DNA of 64,000 nucleotides from Candidatus Collierbacteria bacterium (GTDB taxonomy: Bacteria; Patescibacteriota; Microgenomatia; UBA1400; JACPES01). Below are positions 1-9,917 of the stretch, in pieces. Location of the stretch: NCBI GenBank assembly GCA_016183365.1, contig JACPES010000002.1:93831-157830 (forward strand), in the 5' to 3' direction. The notes beneath the pieces were generated by a model. The model saw nothing but the letters and a program-made list of their open reading frames with translations, ran no database searches and was not told the DNA's origin. Each line of letters begins with the position of its first letter. Position 1 is the stretch's first letter. Position numbers and translations under genes: made by a program.

Positions 1-95
1 ACTGCAGGTATATTTTTCTGTTTTCGGAACTATAAAATTTTTCATTATTTGATTATAACCATTGACAGGAGGAACCTATTTGCTATCATTAATTT

Positions 96-446
96 ATGTT
101 GACAACAAAAGATGTAAATAAAATAATAACTGCTGTTGAAAAAATCTTTGATCGGAGCATCGACGATAAACTAAGGCCTCTTAAAAATGAATTCGGTGAT
201 TTCAGAGGAGAATTCCGTGAATTCAAACAGGAAATGTATGAATTCAAACAGGAAATGTATGAATTCAAAGGGGAGATGTACAAATTCAAAGGGGAGATGA
301 TCGAATTTAAAGACTCGACTCAAAAAATACTTGAAGCCATATTTGATGATTTACAGGGAAAACATCAAACAGAAAGACAATTCGAGGTTAGATTGGCGGA
401 GCTTGAAAAAATTCATCCAGAACATTATCGTGCTTCAGCGCTGTAG
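96..446 (+). CDS. hypothetical small coiled-coil protein with internal 7-aa (21-bp) tandem repeats (EFKQEMY x about 4)
   Basis: 116-aa ORF. 21-bp periodicity from about 189 to 302 (gaattcaaacaggaaatgtat x2, then gaattcaaaggggagatgta variants). Possible -35/-10 (ttgaca ... tatcat) at 63-90. Confidence 0.4.
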   Translation: MLTTKDVNKIITAVEKIFDRSIDDKLRPLKNEFGDFRGEFREFKQEMYEFKQEMYEFKGEMYKFKGEMIEFKDSTQKILEAIFDDLQGKHQTERQFEVRLAELEKIHPEHYRASAL

Positions 447-521
447 ATTTAGTTAGCTTCACGCTTTTTTAGTTATTGGTTGGGCTGGTATCGTTTTGAT
501 GGTATGATAGACAGGAAATAT

Positions 522-2216
522 ATGAGATATTCTAAATTGGTAGGAAAAACGGTCAGGAACGCCCCGGCGGATGCGATTTTCGACAGCCATAAATTATTGT
601 ATAAAAGCGGATTTATCCGTGAGTCTACCGCCGGAAGATATTATTTTTTGCCTCTGGGTTGGCGGGCGCATCAAAAAATTGCCAAAATAGTCAGGGAAGA
701 AATGGACCGAATTGGCGGTCAGGAGATGATTGTGCCGGTTCTTCAACCTTTACACTTATGGCAGGAAACCAACCGGACGGCTTCGGTCGGGTTTGAATTG
801 ATGACCATTAAAGACGGCCGGGAATTCCAATTCGCTTTAGGGGGAACGGCCGAGGAAATGTTTGTGGATTTAGTCCGCAATCTTAAATTAAGTTATCGGG
901 ATCTGCCGTTTAATATTTATCAGTTTTCCACTAAATTCCGGGATGAAATCCGGGCCAGGGGCGGATTATTGCGGGTCCGGGAATTCGTGATGAAAGACGC
1001 CTATTCGTTTGACCGCGACGAAACAGAATTTAAAAAAACTTATCGGCAGATGGCCGAAACTTATACCAAAATTTTTAAGAGGTTAGGATTAGAAACGCTT
1101 AAAGTCGAAGCCGACAATGGCTACATCGGCGGCGAATATTGCCATGAATATCAGGCGGAATCTCCGATCGGGGAGAGCAGATTTTTTGTGTCCGAAGACG
1201 GAAAATATTCGGTTCACGCCGATGTCGCCAAATTCAAACGGGATGACAAAAACATTGGCGAACAATTAAAACCTTATCGCGAGATAAAAGCTGTCCGCGG
1301 CACCACCATGCAAGACGGCGTCAAACTTCATGGGCTTCCCTTATGGCAGCAAATCAAAGATTTTATGGCGGTTGACGAAAATGGAAATTTAATTTTGGCG
1401 GTCATTAGGGGAGATCTGGACGTCAATGAGATCAAACTCGCTCACGCTGCCGGCTGTCATCATCTTCGCCATGCTACAGCTGAAGAAATCCACGCCCTTG
1501 GCTCTGAACCCGGCTTTATCTCTCCGGTTGGCTTAAAAGGCAAAGTCAAAATTATCGGCGATCCATCCCTAAGAACTATCCGCAACGCTTACGGCGGCGC
1601 CAATGGTCTCCACCGTGACGCCGTCAATATGAACATTGACCGCGATTACACCGTTGACATTGAGGCGGACATCGCCATGGCCCAATCCGGGTTTTCCACC
1701 GAAGATGGGAAATCTAAATTGGTGGAAAAACGGGGGATTGAAGTTGGGAATATTTTTCAACTGGGATATCACTATACAAAGCTGATGAAAGGGGCTAATT
1801 TTATTGACGAAGACGGAAAAGAAAAACCATATTATATGGGTTGTTACGGGATTGGGATTGGCCGGACCATGGCGGCGATTGTGGAAAAATATCATGATAA
1901 GAAGGGGATTGTTTGGCCGGAAGCGGTGGCGCCTTACGATGCGCACGTCGTAGAAGTAGGGAGTAAGGAGTATGGAGTAAAGAAAAAAGCAGAAGGAATA
2001 TGTAAGCAATTAGAACAAGCCGGAATTGAAGTTTTATGGGACGACCGGGATTATGTTTCGGCCGGAGTAAAATTTGCCGACGCCGATTTGATCGGAATTC
2101 CGTGGAGAGTGGTGGTGAGCGAGAGGCTGGGGGATAAGGTGGAGCTGAAGGCAAGAAATTCGAGTCTGACAGAAGAATTGACTGTTGATCAGTTGATTTC
2201 AAAACTAAAAGTTTAG
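522..2216 (+). CDS. proS: prolyl-tRNA synthetase (bacterial-type, with editing/insertion domain)
   Basis: The 578-aa ORF carries class II aaRS motifs and a ProRS-like N-terminus, MRYSKL, beginning at the in-frame ATG at 522. The ORF track opens at 480, which is probably upstream of the true start. Confidence 0.9.
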   Translation: MRYSKLVGKTVRNAPADAIFDSHKLLYKSGFIRESTAGRYYFLPLGWRAHQKIAKIVREEMDRIGGQEMIVPVLQPLHLWQETNRTASVGFELMTIKDGREFQFALGGTAEEMFVDLVRNLKLSYRDLPFNIYQFSTKFRDEIRARGGLLRVREFVMKDAYSFDRDETEFKKTYRQMAETYTKIFKRLGLETLKVEADNGYIGGEYCHEYQAESPIGESRFFVSEDGKYSVHADVAKFKRDDKNIGEQLKPYREIKAVRGTTMQDGVKLHGLPLWQQIKDFMAVDENGNLILAVIRGDLDVNEIKLAHAAGCHHLRHATAEEIHALGSEPGFISPVGLKGKVKIIGDPSLRTIRNAYGGANGLHRDAVNMNIDRDYTVDIEADIAMAQSGFSTEDGKSKLVEKRGIEVGNIFQLGYHYTKLMKGANFIDEDGKEKPYYMGCYGIGIGRTMAAIVEKYHDKKGIVWPEAVAPYDAHVVEVGSKEYGVKKKAEGICKQLEQAGIEVLWDDRDYVSAGVKFADADLIGIPWRVVVSERLGDKVELKARNSSLTEELTVDQLISKLKV

Positions 2217-2217
2217 T

Positions 2218-2303
2218 GATTTACGATTTAAGATTTATGAATCCGAAATCCATAATACAGAAAATGTTTTTTTCGTAAATCATAAATCATTATTCATAAA
2301 TCA
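2218..2303. repeat. intergenic repeat element family A (gatttacgattta ... ttcgtaaatcataaatcattattcataaatca), copy 1
   Basis: The 32-bp core ttcgtaaatcataaatcattattcataaatca is identical at 2272-2303 and 5811-5842. Both copies also share the left arm gatttacgattta(a/t)a. Internally the element is an imperfect palindrome and sits immediately upstream of a start codon. Confidence 0.8.
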
Positions 2304-2314
2304 ATGCTATCGTT

Positions 2315-3163
2315 ATGAAAACTATTGTCACTCATATCAATCCAGACCAAGACGCGATTTCTTCGGTTTGGCTGGTTAAACGGTTTTTCCCGGGATGGGA
2401 CAAGGCGGAGATTAAATTTGTTCCAGCCGGGAAGACTCTAAACAGCGATCCTCCGGACAACGATCCCGAAATTATCCATATGGATACCGGTTTGGGGAAA
2501 TTTGACCACCACACTACCGGAGACAAAAAAGTTTGCGCGGCGATAAAAGTTTTAGTCGAGATAGAAGAAAAAAATTATATCAAGGACAAAATAACTTTGA
2601 AGGCGTTGGAAAGAATGGCGGAAATCATCAGGAGCATGGACCACGCCGAGGAACGGTCTTGGCCGAATCCGGTTTCGGACAGATGGGAGTTTATGCTGGA
2701 AATGATTTTGGACGGATTAAAGACCAGATACGGCCGATTGCAAAATCAGGAATTGGTGGATTTCGGGATGACGGCTTTGGATGGAATTTTGGCAGGAATG
2801 AGAGAAAAGATCTCGGCCAGCGAGGAGATTGCAACTGGAGTAAAATTCAATTGCAGGTGGGGGAAGTCGGTGGGGGTAGAAACAGGCAACGATATGGTTC
2901 ACCGTTTGGCCGAAAGGATGGGTTTTTCGGTGGTGGCGGTCAAGGATCCCAAAAGAGGCAATGTCAGGATATACGGCCATCCCGACAGTCAAGTTGATTT
3001 AACTGAAATTCATTTAGCGGTGATGGCCGGGGATAGAGAGGCTGATTGGTTTCTGCACGCCAGCAAAAAGTTATTGTTAAATGGCAGCCGGGCAAATCCG
3101 GCTATGAGGCCGACAAAATTGACTCTGAATGAAATAATCAAAATATTATCGGGAGAAAAGTGA
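2315..3163 (+). CDS. DHH-family phosphoesterase (NrnA-like nanoRNase / pAp phosphatase-like)
   Basis: Motifs HINPDQDA (DHH motif I/II-like) and FDHHTT (the DHH motif); 282 aa. Confidence 0.55.
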   Translation: MKTIVTHINPDQDAISSVWLVKRFFPGWDKAEIKFVPAGKTLNSDPPDNDPEIIHMDTGLGKFDHHTTGDKKVCAAIKVLVEIEEKNYIKDKITLKALERMAEIIRSMDHAEERSWPNPVSDRWEFMLEMILDGLKTRYGRLQNQELVDFGMTALDGILAGMREKISASEEIATGVKFNCRWGKSVGVETGNDMVHRLAERMGFSVVAVKDPKRGNVRIYGHPDSQVDLTEIHLAVMAGDREADWFLHASKKLLLNGSRANPAMRPTKLTLNEIIKILSGEK

Positions 3164-3188
3164 ATGAGGTAAAGTAAAGATACTTAAA

Positions 3189-3290
3189 GCGATGCGAATA
3201 ACGACAATATGCGATACGAATAACACGAATTAGCATACGAATAACACGAATATTCGTATCATTCGTATGAATTCGTGGATTAGTATCGCG
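3189..3290 (+). promoter_or_regulatory. upstream element family B (acgaataac direct repeats, then attcgtatcattcgtatgaattcgtggattagtatcgcg), directly 5' of rpsU
   Basis: It shares the core attcgKatg-N2-3-attcgtRgatt-N1-3-gRatMgc with the copies at 16489-16578, 43152-43210 and 58945-59040. It lies 18 bp upstream of the rpsU ATG. Confidence 0.6.
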
Positions 3291-3307
3291 AGGGGAGGTG
3301 TTTCAAT

Positions 3308-3502
3308 ATGGCAACAGTAGTCAAAGCGCATGGAGACGAAGACATCAGGTCGCTTTTAATGAGATTCAAAAAACAAGTAATGAAAGAAAACATTGTGGAA
3401 GAGGCTAAAGAGAGGAGGTTCTATAAAAAGCCTTCGACAGTCCGGAAAGAGCGTCTAGCCGCCAACCGGCGGGGTGGCGGAAAATTCGGAGGCAGGTCGT
3501 GA
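3308..3502 (+). CDS. rpsU: 30S ribosomal protein S21
   Basis: 64 aa, basic; C-terminal KERLAANRRGGGKFGG is typical of S21. Confidence 0.9.
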   Translation: MATVVKAHGDEDIRSLLMRFKKQVMKENIVEEAKERRFYKKPSTVRKERLAANRRGGGKFGGRS

Positions 3503-3876
3503 AAATCGATATTTTCGGAGATAGCCGGTATCCGGTAGACCGCAAATATCTAAGGCAGGAAGTAATCTCGCTTTTGAAAGAATTTGGCTTTAACGAGGCC
3601 GATCAAGTATTCATCGAAGTTACCATGATGGGAAACCGCAAAATTAAAGAATTGAACCGGAAGTTCCGGCAATTGGATGAAAAAACAGACGTTTTGTCTT
3701 TTCCCTTGGAAGACCGTAATCCCGGACCGGACGGATTAATCAGATTAGGCGACATCGCGGTCAGTTTTCCGGAAGCGATGACTATGGCTATCAGGACTAA
3801 CAGAATAGTGGACAAAGTTATAGCTGAACTTGTTTGTCATGGAATCAGACATTTGATGGGAGAACACCACGACTGA
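3499..3876 (+). CDS. ybeY: endoribonuclease YbeY (rRNA maturation factor)
   Basis: HGIRHLMGEHHD resembles the YbeY H..HG..HL.G.DH zinc-binding motif. The GTG start overlaps the rpsU stop. Confidence 0.8.
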   Translation: MKIDIFGDSRYPVDRKYLRQEVISLLKEFGFNEADQVFIEVTMMGNRKIKELNRKFRQLDEKTDVLSFPLEDRNPGPDGLIRLGDIAVSFPEAMTMAIRTNRIVDKVIAELVCHGIRHLMGEHHD

Positions 3877-3878
3877 AA

Positions 3879-4007
3879 GTTATCAGTTCTCGGTTCTCGG
3901 TTATCAGATTTTAGTTAACCGGTTTTCAGTCTGCCAGTTTCAAAACAGGCGAACCGAAAACTGATAAACTTGTAACTGAAAACCGAAAACAGAAAACCGA
4001 TAACCGA
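3879..4007. repeat. long imperfect inverted repeat built from ctcggtt/ccgaaaac words between ybeY and dnaX
   Basis: tatcagttctcggttctcggttatcag ... ctgataaacttgtaactgaaaaccgaaaacagaaaaccgataaccga. The arms are reverse complements with mismatches. It is probably a terminator and/or regulatory structure. Confidence 0.5.
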
Positions 4008-4012
4008 CGCAG

Positions 4013-5485
4013 ATGACATTCTATCTAAAATATCGCCCCAAAACTGTGGAAGAATTGGATTTGGTTAAAGTCAGAGACAGGTTGTCGGGGATAATCAAAA
4101 CGGGTAAATTCGGCCACGCTTATTTGTTTTCCGGTCCCCGCGGAGTCGGAAAAACTTCGGCGGCCAGAATTCTGGCCCGTTTAGCCGGAGCCGAGGGAAT
4201 TGATATTATCGAAATGGACGGGGCCAGCAACCGCGGGATTGACGACGTTCGGGAATTGCGGGAAAAAGTCGGTCTGTCTCCGCTATCGGGAAAACGGAAA
4301 GTCTACATTATCGATGAAGTCCACATGTTGACCGCGGAAGCGTTTAACGCCCTCTTAAAAACTTTGGAAGAACCGCCGGAACACGTCATCTTTTTTCTGT
4401 GCACCACTGAACCGCAAAAACTCCCCAAAACCGTTATCAGCCGTTGTGTCGAAGTTAAATTTGATAAAGCCGCTAATCAGGAAATCATCGATTCGGTTAA
4501 AAGATCTGCAAGGAGCGAAAAATTGGGAATAACCGCGGAAGCTTTGGAAAGAATAGCTAAATCGGCCGATGGCAGTTTCAGGGAGGCCCAAACGATTTTA
4601 GAAGAAGCCGCCGAAATATCAGGATCAAATAAAATTGATATATCGGCAGTAAATTCCGTAATCGGAGTTTCGTTGGATAGTTTGGTAAATGATTATGTTG
4701 AGGCGGTGGTTGCCGGGAAAACTACAATAGCACTCCAAGCGGTAGAAAAATTGCTATCTTCCGGCGGGGACATAATGGCATTTGCCAAAGAAATTCTGGA
4801 AGAAGTCAGAAAGCGGTTGCTTAAAAGTTTTGACGCCAGATTGTTGACGGTGGCTAAAGTTTTGGAAATAAAAATCAGAACCTTAAAATATTCCGTTCTG
4901 CCGCATTTGCCTTTGGAGATTGCGGCGATTGAATTGGGGATGGGAAGGAAAAGCGGAGAGGTTGAGGGGCCCCAAAGTATGCTTGCCACGAGCCAGAGGC
5001 TTCCAGCCTCGCGCTCCCGTGGAGCGCAACTTCGGGGTTCGGATGTACCAACAGATTTTTCTAAGAAGAAAAATCTGGGTCCATCCGAAAAAACCGACAT
5101 AAATAAAGAATCATCCATTATCCATCATTCATCATCCATTAATCTTGATACTTTTAGAAGTCAGTGGCCTCAGTTGCTGACTGAAGTCAGAAAAAAGAAT
5201 CATGGCATCGTTACGTTGCTGTCTTTATGTCGGCCGGTAGAGGTGGAAGGCTCGGCCGTGATTGTCGAAACCGCTTATAAATTCCATATGGAGCAATTAA
5301 ATTTAGACCGATTCAGCCAGATTATTGAACAGACGGCCAAAGATATTTATGGAACTCCGGTTCAATTGAGGTACCGTTTGGCTGACAAAACAGTTGAAAC
5401 ATTGAAAAATAACTCTCTAGATGATAATATTGTGGCGGTTGAAGAAGAATTAAGCGTTTCAGCAGAAGAAATGTTTTTATCATGA
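4013..5485 (+). CDS. dnaX: DNA polymerase III subunit gamma/tau
   Basis: AAA+ clamp-loader motifs GPRGVGKTS and DEVHML and the SRC box (VISRC), followed by a low-complexity linker. Confidence 0.9.
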   Translation: MTFYLKYRPKTVEELDLVKVRDRLSGIIKTGKFGHAYLFSGPRGVGKTSAARILARLAGAEGIDIIEMDGASNRGIDDVRELREKVGLSPLSGKRKVYIIDEVHMLTAEAFNALLKTLEEPPEHVIFFLCTTEPQKLPKTVISRCVEVKFDKAANQEIIDSVKRSARSEKLGITAEALERIAKSADGSFREAQTILEEAAEISGSNKIDISAVNSVIGVSLDSLVNDYVEAVVAGKTTIALQAVEKLLSSGGDIMAFAKEILEEVRKRLLKSFDARLLTVAKVLEIKIRTLKYSVLPHLPLEIAAIELGMGRKSGEVEGPQSMLATSQRLPASRSRGAQLRGSDVPTDFSKKKNLGPSEKTDINKESSIIHHSSSINLDTFRSQWPQLLTEVRKKNHGIVTLLSLCRPVEVEGSAVIVETAYKFHMEQLNLDRFSQIIEQTAKDIYGTPVQLRYRLADKTVETLKNNSLDDNIVAVEEELSVSAEEMFLS

Positions 5486-5745
5486 ATAATCCTTTACAGT
5501 CTCTAGGCGATTTAAACAAGATGCGCCAGCAGGCAATGAAAATGCAACAAGCTCTGCAGGGCAAGCAGATCGCGGTCGAAAAAGGCGATGTCAAGGTGGT
5601 TATCTCCGGGGACCAGAAAATTTTGGAATTTTCGGTTCAGGGTTATTCATCCCAGGACGCGATAGATGCTTTAAATGACGCGATTAAGCAATCTCAAAAG
5701 ATGGCGGCAGAAAAACTAAAAGAGATCGCGGCGGAAATGCAATAA
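5482..5745 (+). CDS. ybaB: nucleoid-associated protein YbaB/EbfC
   Basis: 87-aa ORF overlapping the dnaX stop, in the conserved dnaX-ybaB-recR arrangement. Confidence 0.8.
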   Translation: MNNPLQSLGDLNKMRQQAMKMQQALQGKQIAVEKGDVKVVISGDQKILEFSVQGYSSQDAIDALNDAIKQSQKMAAEKLKEIAAEMQ

Positions 5746-5748
5746 CCT

Positions 5749-5842
5749 GATTTACGATTTATAAATTATGAATTATGAATGAAAGATAAAAAAATTTAAG
5801 AAATGTATTATTCGTAAATCATAAATCATTATTCATAAATCA
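5749..5842. repeat. intergenic repeat element family A, copy 2 (upstream of recR)
   Basis: See copy 1; the 32-bp core is identical. Confidence 0.8.
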
Positions 5843-5850
5843 CCTAATAA

Positions 5851-6462
5851 TTGCGAATTCCCAGAGCTATCTCCGATCTTACCAATCAGTTCGAAAGGCT
5901 TCCCGGCATCGGCCCCAAAACCGCTCAACGCTTAACTTTTTACCTTTTACACGTCCCCCAAAATGTTTTGGATGAATTTTCCAAAGCCGTTGCCGAATTG
6001 AAGCGCGGGACAGTCCAATGTTCTGTTTGTCAAAATGTTGCAGAAGTTGATCCGTGTCCGATTTGCGCCGATTCCGGCCGGGACGATTCGGTTTTAATGG
6101 TGGTTGAACATCCTTTGGATGTTTTTGTGGTAGAACGGGCCGGGGTGTTCGGCGGAGTTTATCACGTCCTCCACGGCTTGATCTCGCCTTTGGAGAACAT
6201 CGGGCCGGATGAATTGTTTATTAAAGAACTGCTTGAGAGGCTGAAAAATGATAAAATACGCGAAATTGTCCTGGGGTTGAATCCGACGATGGAAGGCGAA
6301 GCCACGGCGTTGTATCTGAAAAATAAAATCAACGAGTTACGAGCCATGAACCATGAGCTAAAAATCACTCGTCTCGGCCAAGGAATGCCCACCGGCGGCG
6401 ACATCCAATACGCCGATGAATCAACCCTAAAACAGGCGATGGAAGGAAGAAGGGGGTACTAG
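5851..6462 (+). CDS. recR: recombination protein RecR
   Basis: Helix-hairpin-helix motif LPGIGPKTAQRL, a C4 zinc finger (CSVCQNV...CPIC) and a Toprim region. The start codon is apparently TTG. Confidence 0.9.
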   Translation: MRIPRAISDLTNQFERLPGIGPKTAQRLTFYLLHVPQNVLDEFSKAVAELKRGTVQCSVCQNVAEVDPCPICADSGRDDSVLMVVEHPLDVFVVERAGVFGGVYHVLHGLISPLENIGPDELFIKELLERLKNDKIREIVLGLNPTMEGEATALYLKNKINELRAMNHELKITRLGQGMPTGGDIQYADESTLKQAMEGRRGY

Positions 6463-6463
6463 A

Positions 6464-7039
6464 ATGAAAATATTTTTTAATGCCTCTCTCACCGGAAAAA
6501 AATTATACAAGTCAAATTATCTGGCCATAATCGACCAGTTGGAAAAGCTGGGTCATACCATTATTTCCGCCCCGGTCAAAACCGGAGAGATCACCAAAGT
6601 GGTCCAAGCGTCTCAACAACAAGCTGAAAAATATTACGAAGACTTAATGAAATCAATTGCCGCGGCCGATATTAATGTCTTCGAAGTTTCCTATCCTAGT
6701 ACCGGCATCGGACACGAAATCGCGGTCTCGCTCCACAAGGGTAAACCGGTGATTGCCCTCTACGTTAAGGGTAAAAATCCGTACATTTTTGACAGCGTTA
6801 TCGACGAAAAACTGCAAGTTCTGGAATATCAAATTAACGAACTCGGAACATTACTCAAAGACGCGTTAGAGTATGCAACAGATCAGCAGGACGTTCGTTT
6901 CAATTTCTTTATTTCTCCCAATATCCAGCAGTATCTTGATTGGGTTGCCAAGTATAAACGTACTCCACGTGCGGTCTATCTTCGCGAGCTTTTAGAGAAA
7001 GACATGAGAGAAAACAAAGACTGGAAGAAACAGAAATAA
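6464..7039 (+). CDS. nucleoside 2-deoxyribosyltransferase-like protein
   Basis: PSTGIGHEIAVSLHKGKPVIAL resembles the D.GT..E.G.A.A.GKPV active-site region of the NDT family. Confidence 0.4.
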   Translation: MKIFFNASLTGKKLYKSNYLAIIDQLEKLGHTIISAPVKTGEITKVVQASQQQAEKYYEDLMKSIAAADINVFEVSYPSTGIGHEIAVSLHKGKPVIALYVKGKNPYIFDSVIDEKLQVLEYQINELGTLLKDALEYATDQQDVRFNFFISPNIQQYLDWVAKYKRTPRAVYLRELLEKDMRENKDWKKQK

Positions 7040-7205
7040 GAATGGTTGAAATGGCTAGAAAATTAAAAGGTTAAATTAAATCTTCGATCCAATCCCAACA
7101 TCTGGTCAAAATCAAAGGCAACAAACTTCTATTTGAATCCAAGCATAGAATCTTGCGGGCAATTTAGTTGTAATAGCTTGACTGGGAAGTTAGAATGTTG
7201 CGGAT

Positions 7206-8264
7206 ATGGGATCAAGATTAGAAACGGAATCTGGAGACGGTTTGAGCGATGATAACATAGATATGATAATTTCGGCTTTTCCGATTGCGGTGGTCGGTGA
7301 GTTAATGTCCGAGGGAAATGAAGCCCGGGAGGAAGACGGGGCGGAGGAGGATGTGGGGGATATTGAAGATGTGGGGGATGAAAGGGATGGAGTGGAAATT
7401 TATATTAAACAGGCGGGCCGGACTCCCTTGCTGACGGCCCAGGAGGAGATAGACTTGGCCAAGAGAATGAAAGAAGCTGAATATGCTCGTAAAAAGATGG
7501 CCGAAGGCAACTTGGGTATGGAAAAAAAGAACCAGCTTCAAATAATAATTAATGATGGAGGGGAGGCCGAAGATCATTTGATAAAGGCAAATACCAGGCT
7601 GGTTATTCATATTGCTAAAAAGCATATGGGCCGCGGAGTGCCTTTGCTCGACCTGATCCAAGAAGGGAATATCGGGCTTATTCGGGGGACTAAAAAGTTT
7701 AATTACAGGCGGGGGAATAGATTTGCCACCCATGTTACTTGGTGGATTCGTCAGGCTGTTACCCGGGCTATCGCCGACCAGGCCCGGACTATCCGAATCC
7801 CCGTGGGTAAGATTTATCAAATAAGCAGATTAGCAAAGGTGTCAGATCGGCTGTCTCAGAACTTGGGACGGGATCCACATCAGGAAGAATTAGCACAAGC
7901 ATTGGGAATAAGTGTTAAGAGGGTGGAGAGACTGATGGAAATTGTCCGTCACCCGCTATCCTTGGAAGAACCTATCGGCGGAGATGACGACGAGACTGAA
8001 TTGGGAGATTTTCTTACGGGTGATTCGATCTCTCCAGATGAGGCGGCAAGCCAAAAAATGTTAAGAGAGCGAATAGAAAAAGTTTTCTCAAGCTTGCCTG
8101 CCAGAGAGGTCAAGATACTTCAACTGCGATATGGGTTAAAAGATGGAAAATCTTTTTCCTTGGAGGAAGTGGGGAAGAAGATGGGGATTACGCGGGAGAG
8201 AGTGAGGCAGATTGAGGCGAAGGCTCTGGGCCGGATGCGGGGCTATTTTTCGCAAGAAGATTAG
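7206..8264 (+). CDS. rpoD: RNA polymerase sigma-70 factor (primary sigma)
   Basis: Acidic N-terminal region, region 2 (LDLIQEGNIGLI...FATHVTWWIRQA), region 3 and the region 4 HTH (EEVGKKMGITRERVRQIE). Confidence 0.9.
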   Translation: MGSRLETESGDGLSDDNIDMIISAFPIAVVGELMSEGNEAREEDGAEEDVGDIEDVGDERDGVEIYIKQAGRTPLLTAQEEIDLAKRMKEAEYARKKMAEGNLGMEKKNQLQIIINDGGEAEDHLIKANTRLVIHIAKKHMGRGVPLLDLIQEGNIGLIRGTKKFNYRRGNRFATHVTWWIRQAVTRAIADQARTIRIPVGKIYQISRLAKVSDRLSQNLGRDPHQEELAQALGISVKRVERLMEIVRHPLSLEEPIGGDDDETELGDFLTGDSISPDEAASQKMLRERIEKVFSSLPAREVKILQLRYGLKDGKSFSLEEVGKKMGITRERVRQIEAKALGRMRGYFSQED

Positions 8265-8414
8265 ATATAATAATTCGCGCTTCATAGAATTTTGTCCATT
8301 AATTCCAATATCCCAGTCTCTCCATCTGCTGGGGTTTCCGCTGGCCCGCGAACTAAAATACCTGGTATTAAAAGGGCATCCAGCGGGCGAAAAGTACTTA
8401 AATTTGAGCGTCGG

Positions 8415-9875
8415 TCATGATTTCATTTTAGCAAAGTTGAAATTTCCGGCTGACAACTTTGGACCATTAGGAGAGTCTTCGATTTTGTAGCCGGCTTTAA
8501 GAATTTTATCCCGGAGCTGGTCAGATAATTGCCAGTCCTGATTTTTGCGGGCTTGCTCGCGGGATTTGATCATTTGACGGACATCTTCCGGAAGATCTAA
8601 AAAGGTTACACCTTTTAAGGTATAACCTTTTTGGGGGTTTAGTAAATCCAATCCTAATACCTGATCAAAATCGGCGATAAGATCGTGTTTATCCGAAGAA
8701 GGAATATTGGATTTAGCTACTTCCCAGACAATCGCCAACGCTTCCGGCATCTGGAGATCGTTTTCTATAGCTGCCTTAAATCGTTCAGAATAGCCCTGAA
8801 TTTTGGCCAGCTTTTCTTCAGATAAAGTTTGGCGGCCGGTGTGTGAAGTTTCGTAAACTTCACAGCAAATTTTGCGGAGATTATTCAAGCCTTCTTTGGC
8901 TGCGTTCAAGCTTTCCCAGGTAAAGTTTAATTGTTTCCGGTAGTGGGTGGTTAAATACAAATACCGCAAAGCCAGCGGCTCGAAACCCTTGGCCTCTATA
9001 TCTTCTACCCGATAAAAGTTATTCAGGCTTTTGCTCATCTTCCGTCCATCCACCATCAGAAACGCGTGATGGACCCAGAATCTGACAAATTGTTTACCGG
9101 TGGCCGCCTCGGATTGGGCAATTTCGTTTGGATGGTGGACCGAAATATGATCTTCGCCGCCGGTATGAATATCAATCGTTTTCCCCAGATATTTCATGCT
9201 CATTGCCGAACATTCGATATGCCAGCCGGGGAATCCGTCTCCCCACGGGCTCTTCCAGTGCATCGCGTGATCGGCAAACCGGCCGACTTTCTTGAACCAT
9301 AGCGCAAAATCGAGCGGATGTTTTTTGTGTTCGCCTTTTCGCACATCGTCGCGCACGGTCTGTTTCTCATCGAGATTTTGGCCAAACAATTTTCCGTAAT
9401 CGGAGAATTTGCTGATATCAAAATATATCGCTTCCGGAGTATCGTAGGCAAAATTCTTATCCATCAGTTTTTTTATCAGCTCAATTTGCTCGGTGATATG
9501 CTCGGTGGCTTTGCAAATAACGGTCGGACGGAGAATATTGAGTTTGTCGAGAGAATCGTAAAAGTGCTGTGTATAGAAATCTGCAACTTCCCATACAGTT
9601 TTCCCGGATTTTTTTGCTCCCTTTTCAAGTTTGTCTTCACCCTCATCGGCATCGGATACGAGATGTCCAACGTCAGTTACGTTTTGGACGTGAGTAACAG
9701 CAAAACCTAAATACGACAGGGACCGACGAAGGATATCGTCATTGACGTATTTCCGTCCATGGCCGATATGCGTGTAGTCATACACCGTCTGGCCGCAGGT
9801 GTACATCCCGACTTTAGGGGGATGAAGTGGAGTAAATTCTTCGATTTTTCGGGTCAAAGTATTATAAAGTTTCAT
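8415..9875 (-). CDS. cysS: cysteinyl-tRNA synthetase
   Basis: HIGH-type motif (HIGHGRKYV) and KMSKS. The probable start is MKLYNT at 9875; the ORF track extends to 9926. Confidence 0.9.
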   Translation of the reverse strand: MKLYNTLTRKIEEFTPLHPPKVGMYTCGQTVYDYTHIGHGRKYVNDDILRRSLSYLGFAVTHVQNVTDVGHLVSDADEGEDKLEKGAKKSGKTVWEVADFYTQHFYDSLDKLNILRPTVICKATEHITEQIELIKKLMDKNFAYDTPEAIYFDISKFSDYGKLFGQNLDEKQTVRDDVRKGEHKKHPLDFALWFKKVGRFADHAMHWKSPWGDGFPGWHIECSAMSMKYLGKTIDIHTGGEDHISVHHPNEIAQSEAATGKQFVRFWVHHAFLMVDGRKMSKSLNNFYRVEDIEAKGFEPLALRYLYLTTHYRKQLNFTWESLNAAKEGLNNLRKICCEVYETSHTGRQTLSEEKLAKIQGYSERFKAAIENDLQMPEALAIVWEVAKSNIPSSDKHDLIADFDQVLGLDLLNPQKGYTLKGVTFLDLPEDVRQMIKSREQARKNQDWQLSDQLRDKILKAGYKIEDSPNGPKLSAGNFNFAKMKS

Positions 9876-9917
9876 ATCTGCTTGCCCAATTTTATCATTA
9901 ATGATAGTATGGTTTTT

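Noticed and set aside
1569-2202. Antisense ORFs inside proS (146 and 133 aa), and similar shadow ORFs inside the DHH gene (2533-2997), dnaX (4693-5118), cysS (9066-9710), gyrA (39974-41272) and gyrB (43599-44416).
   Set aside because: They lie entirely within well-supported genes on the opposite strand or in another frame, with no independent signals. Typical shadow ORFs.
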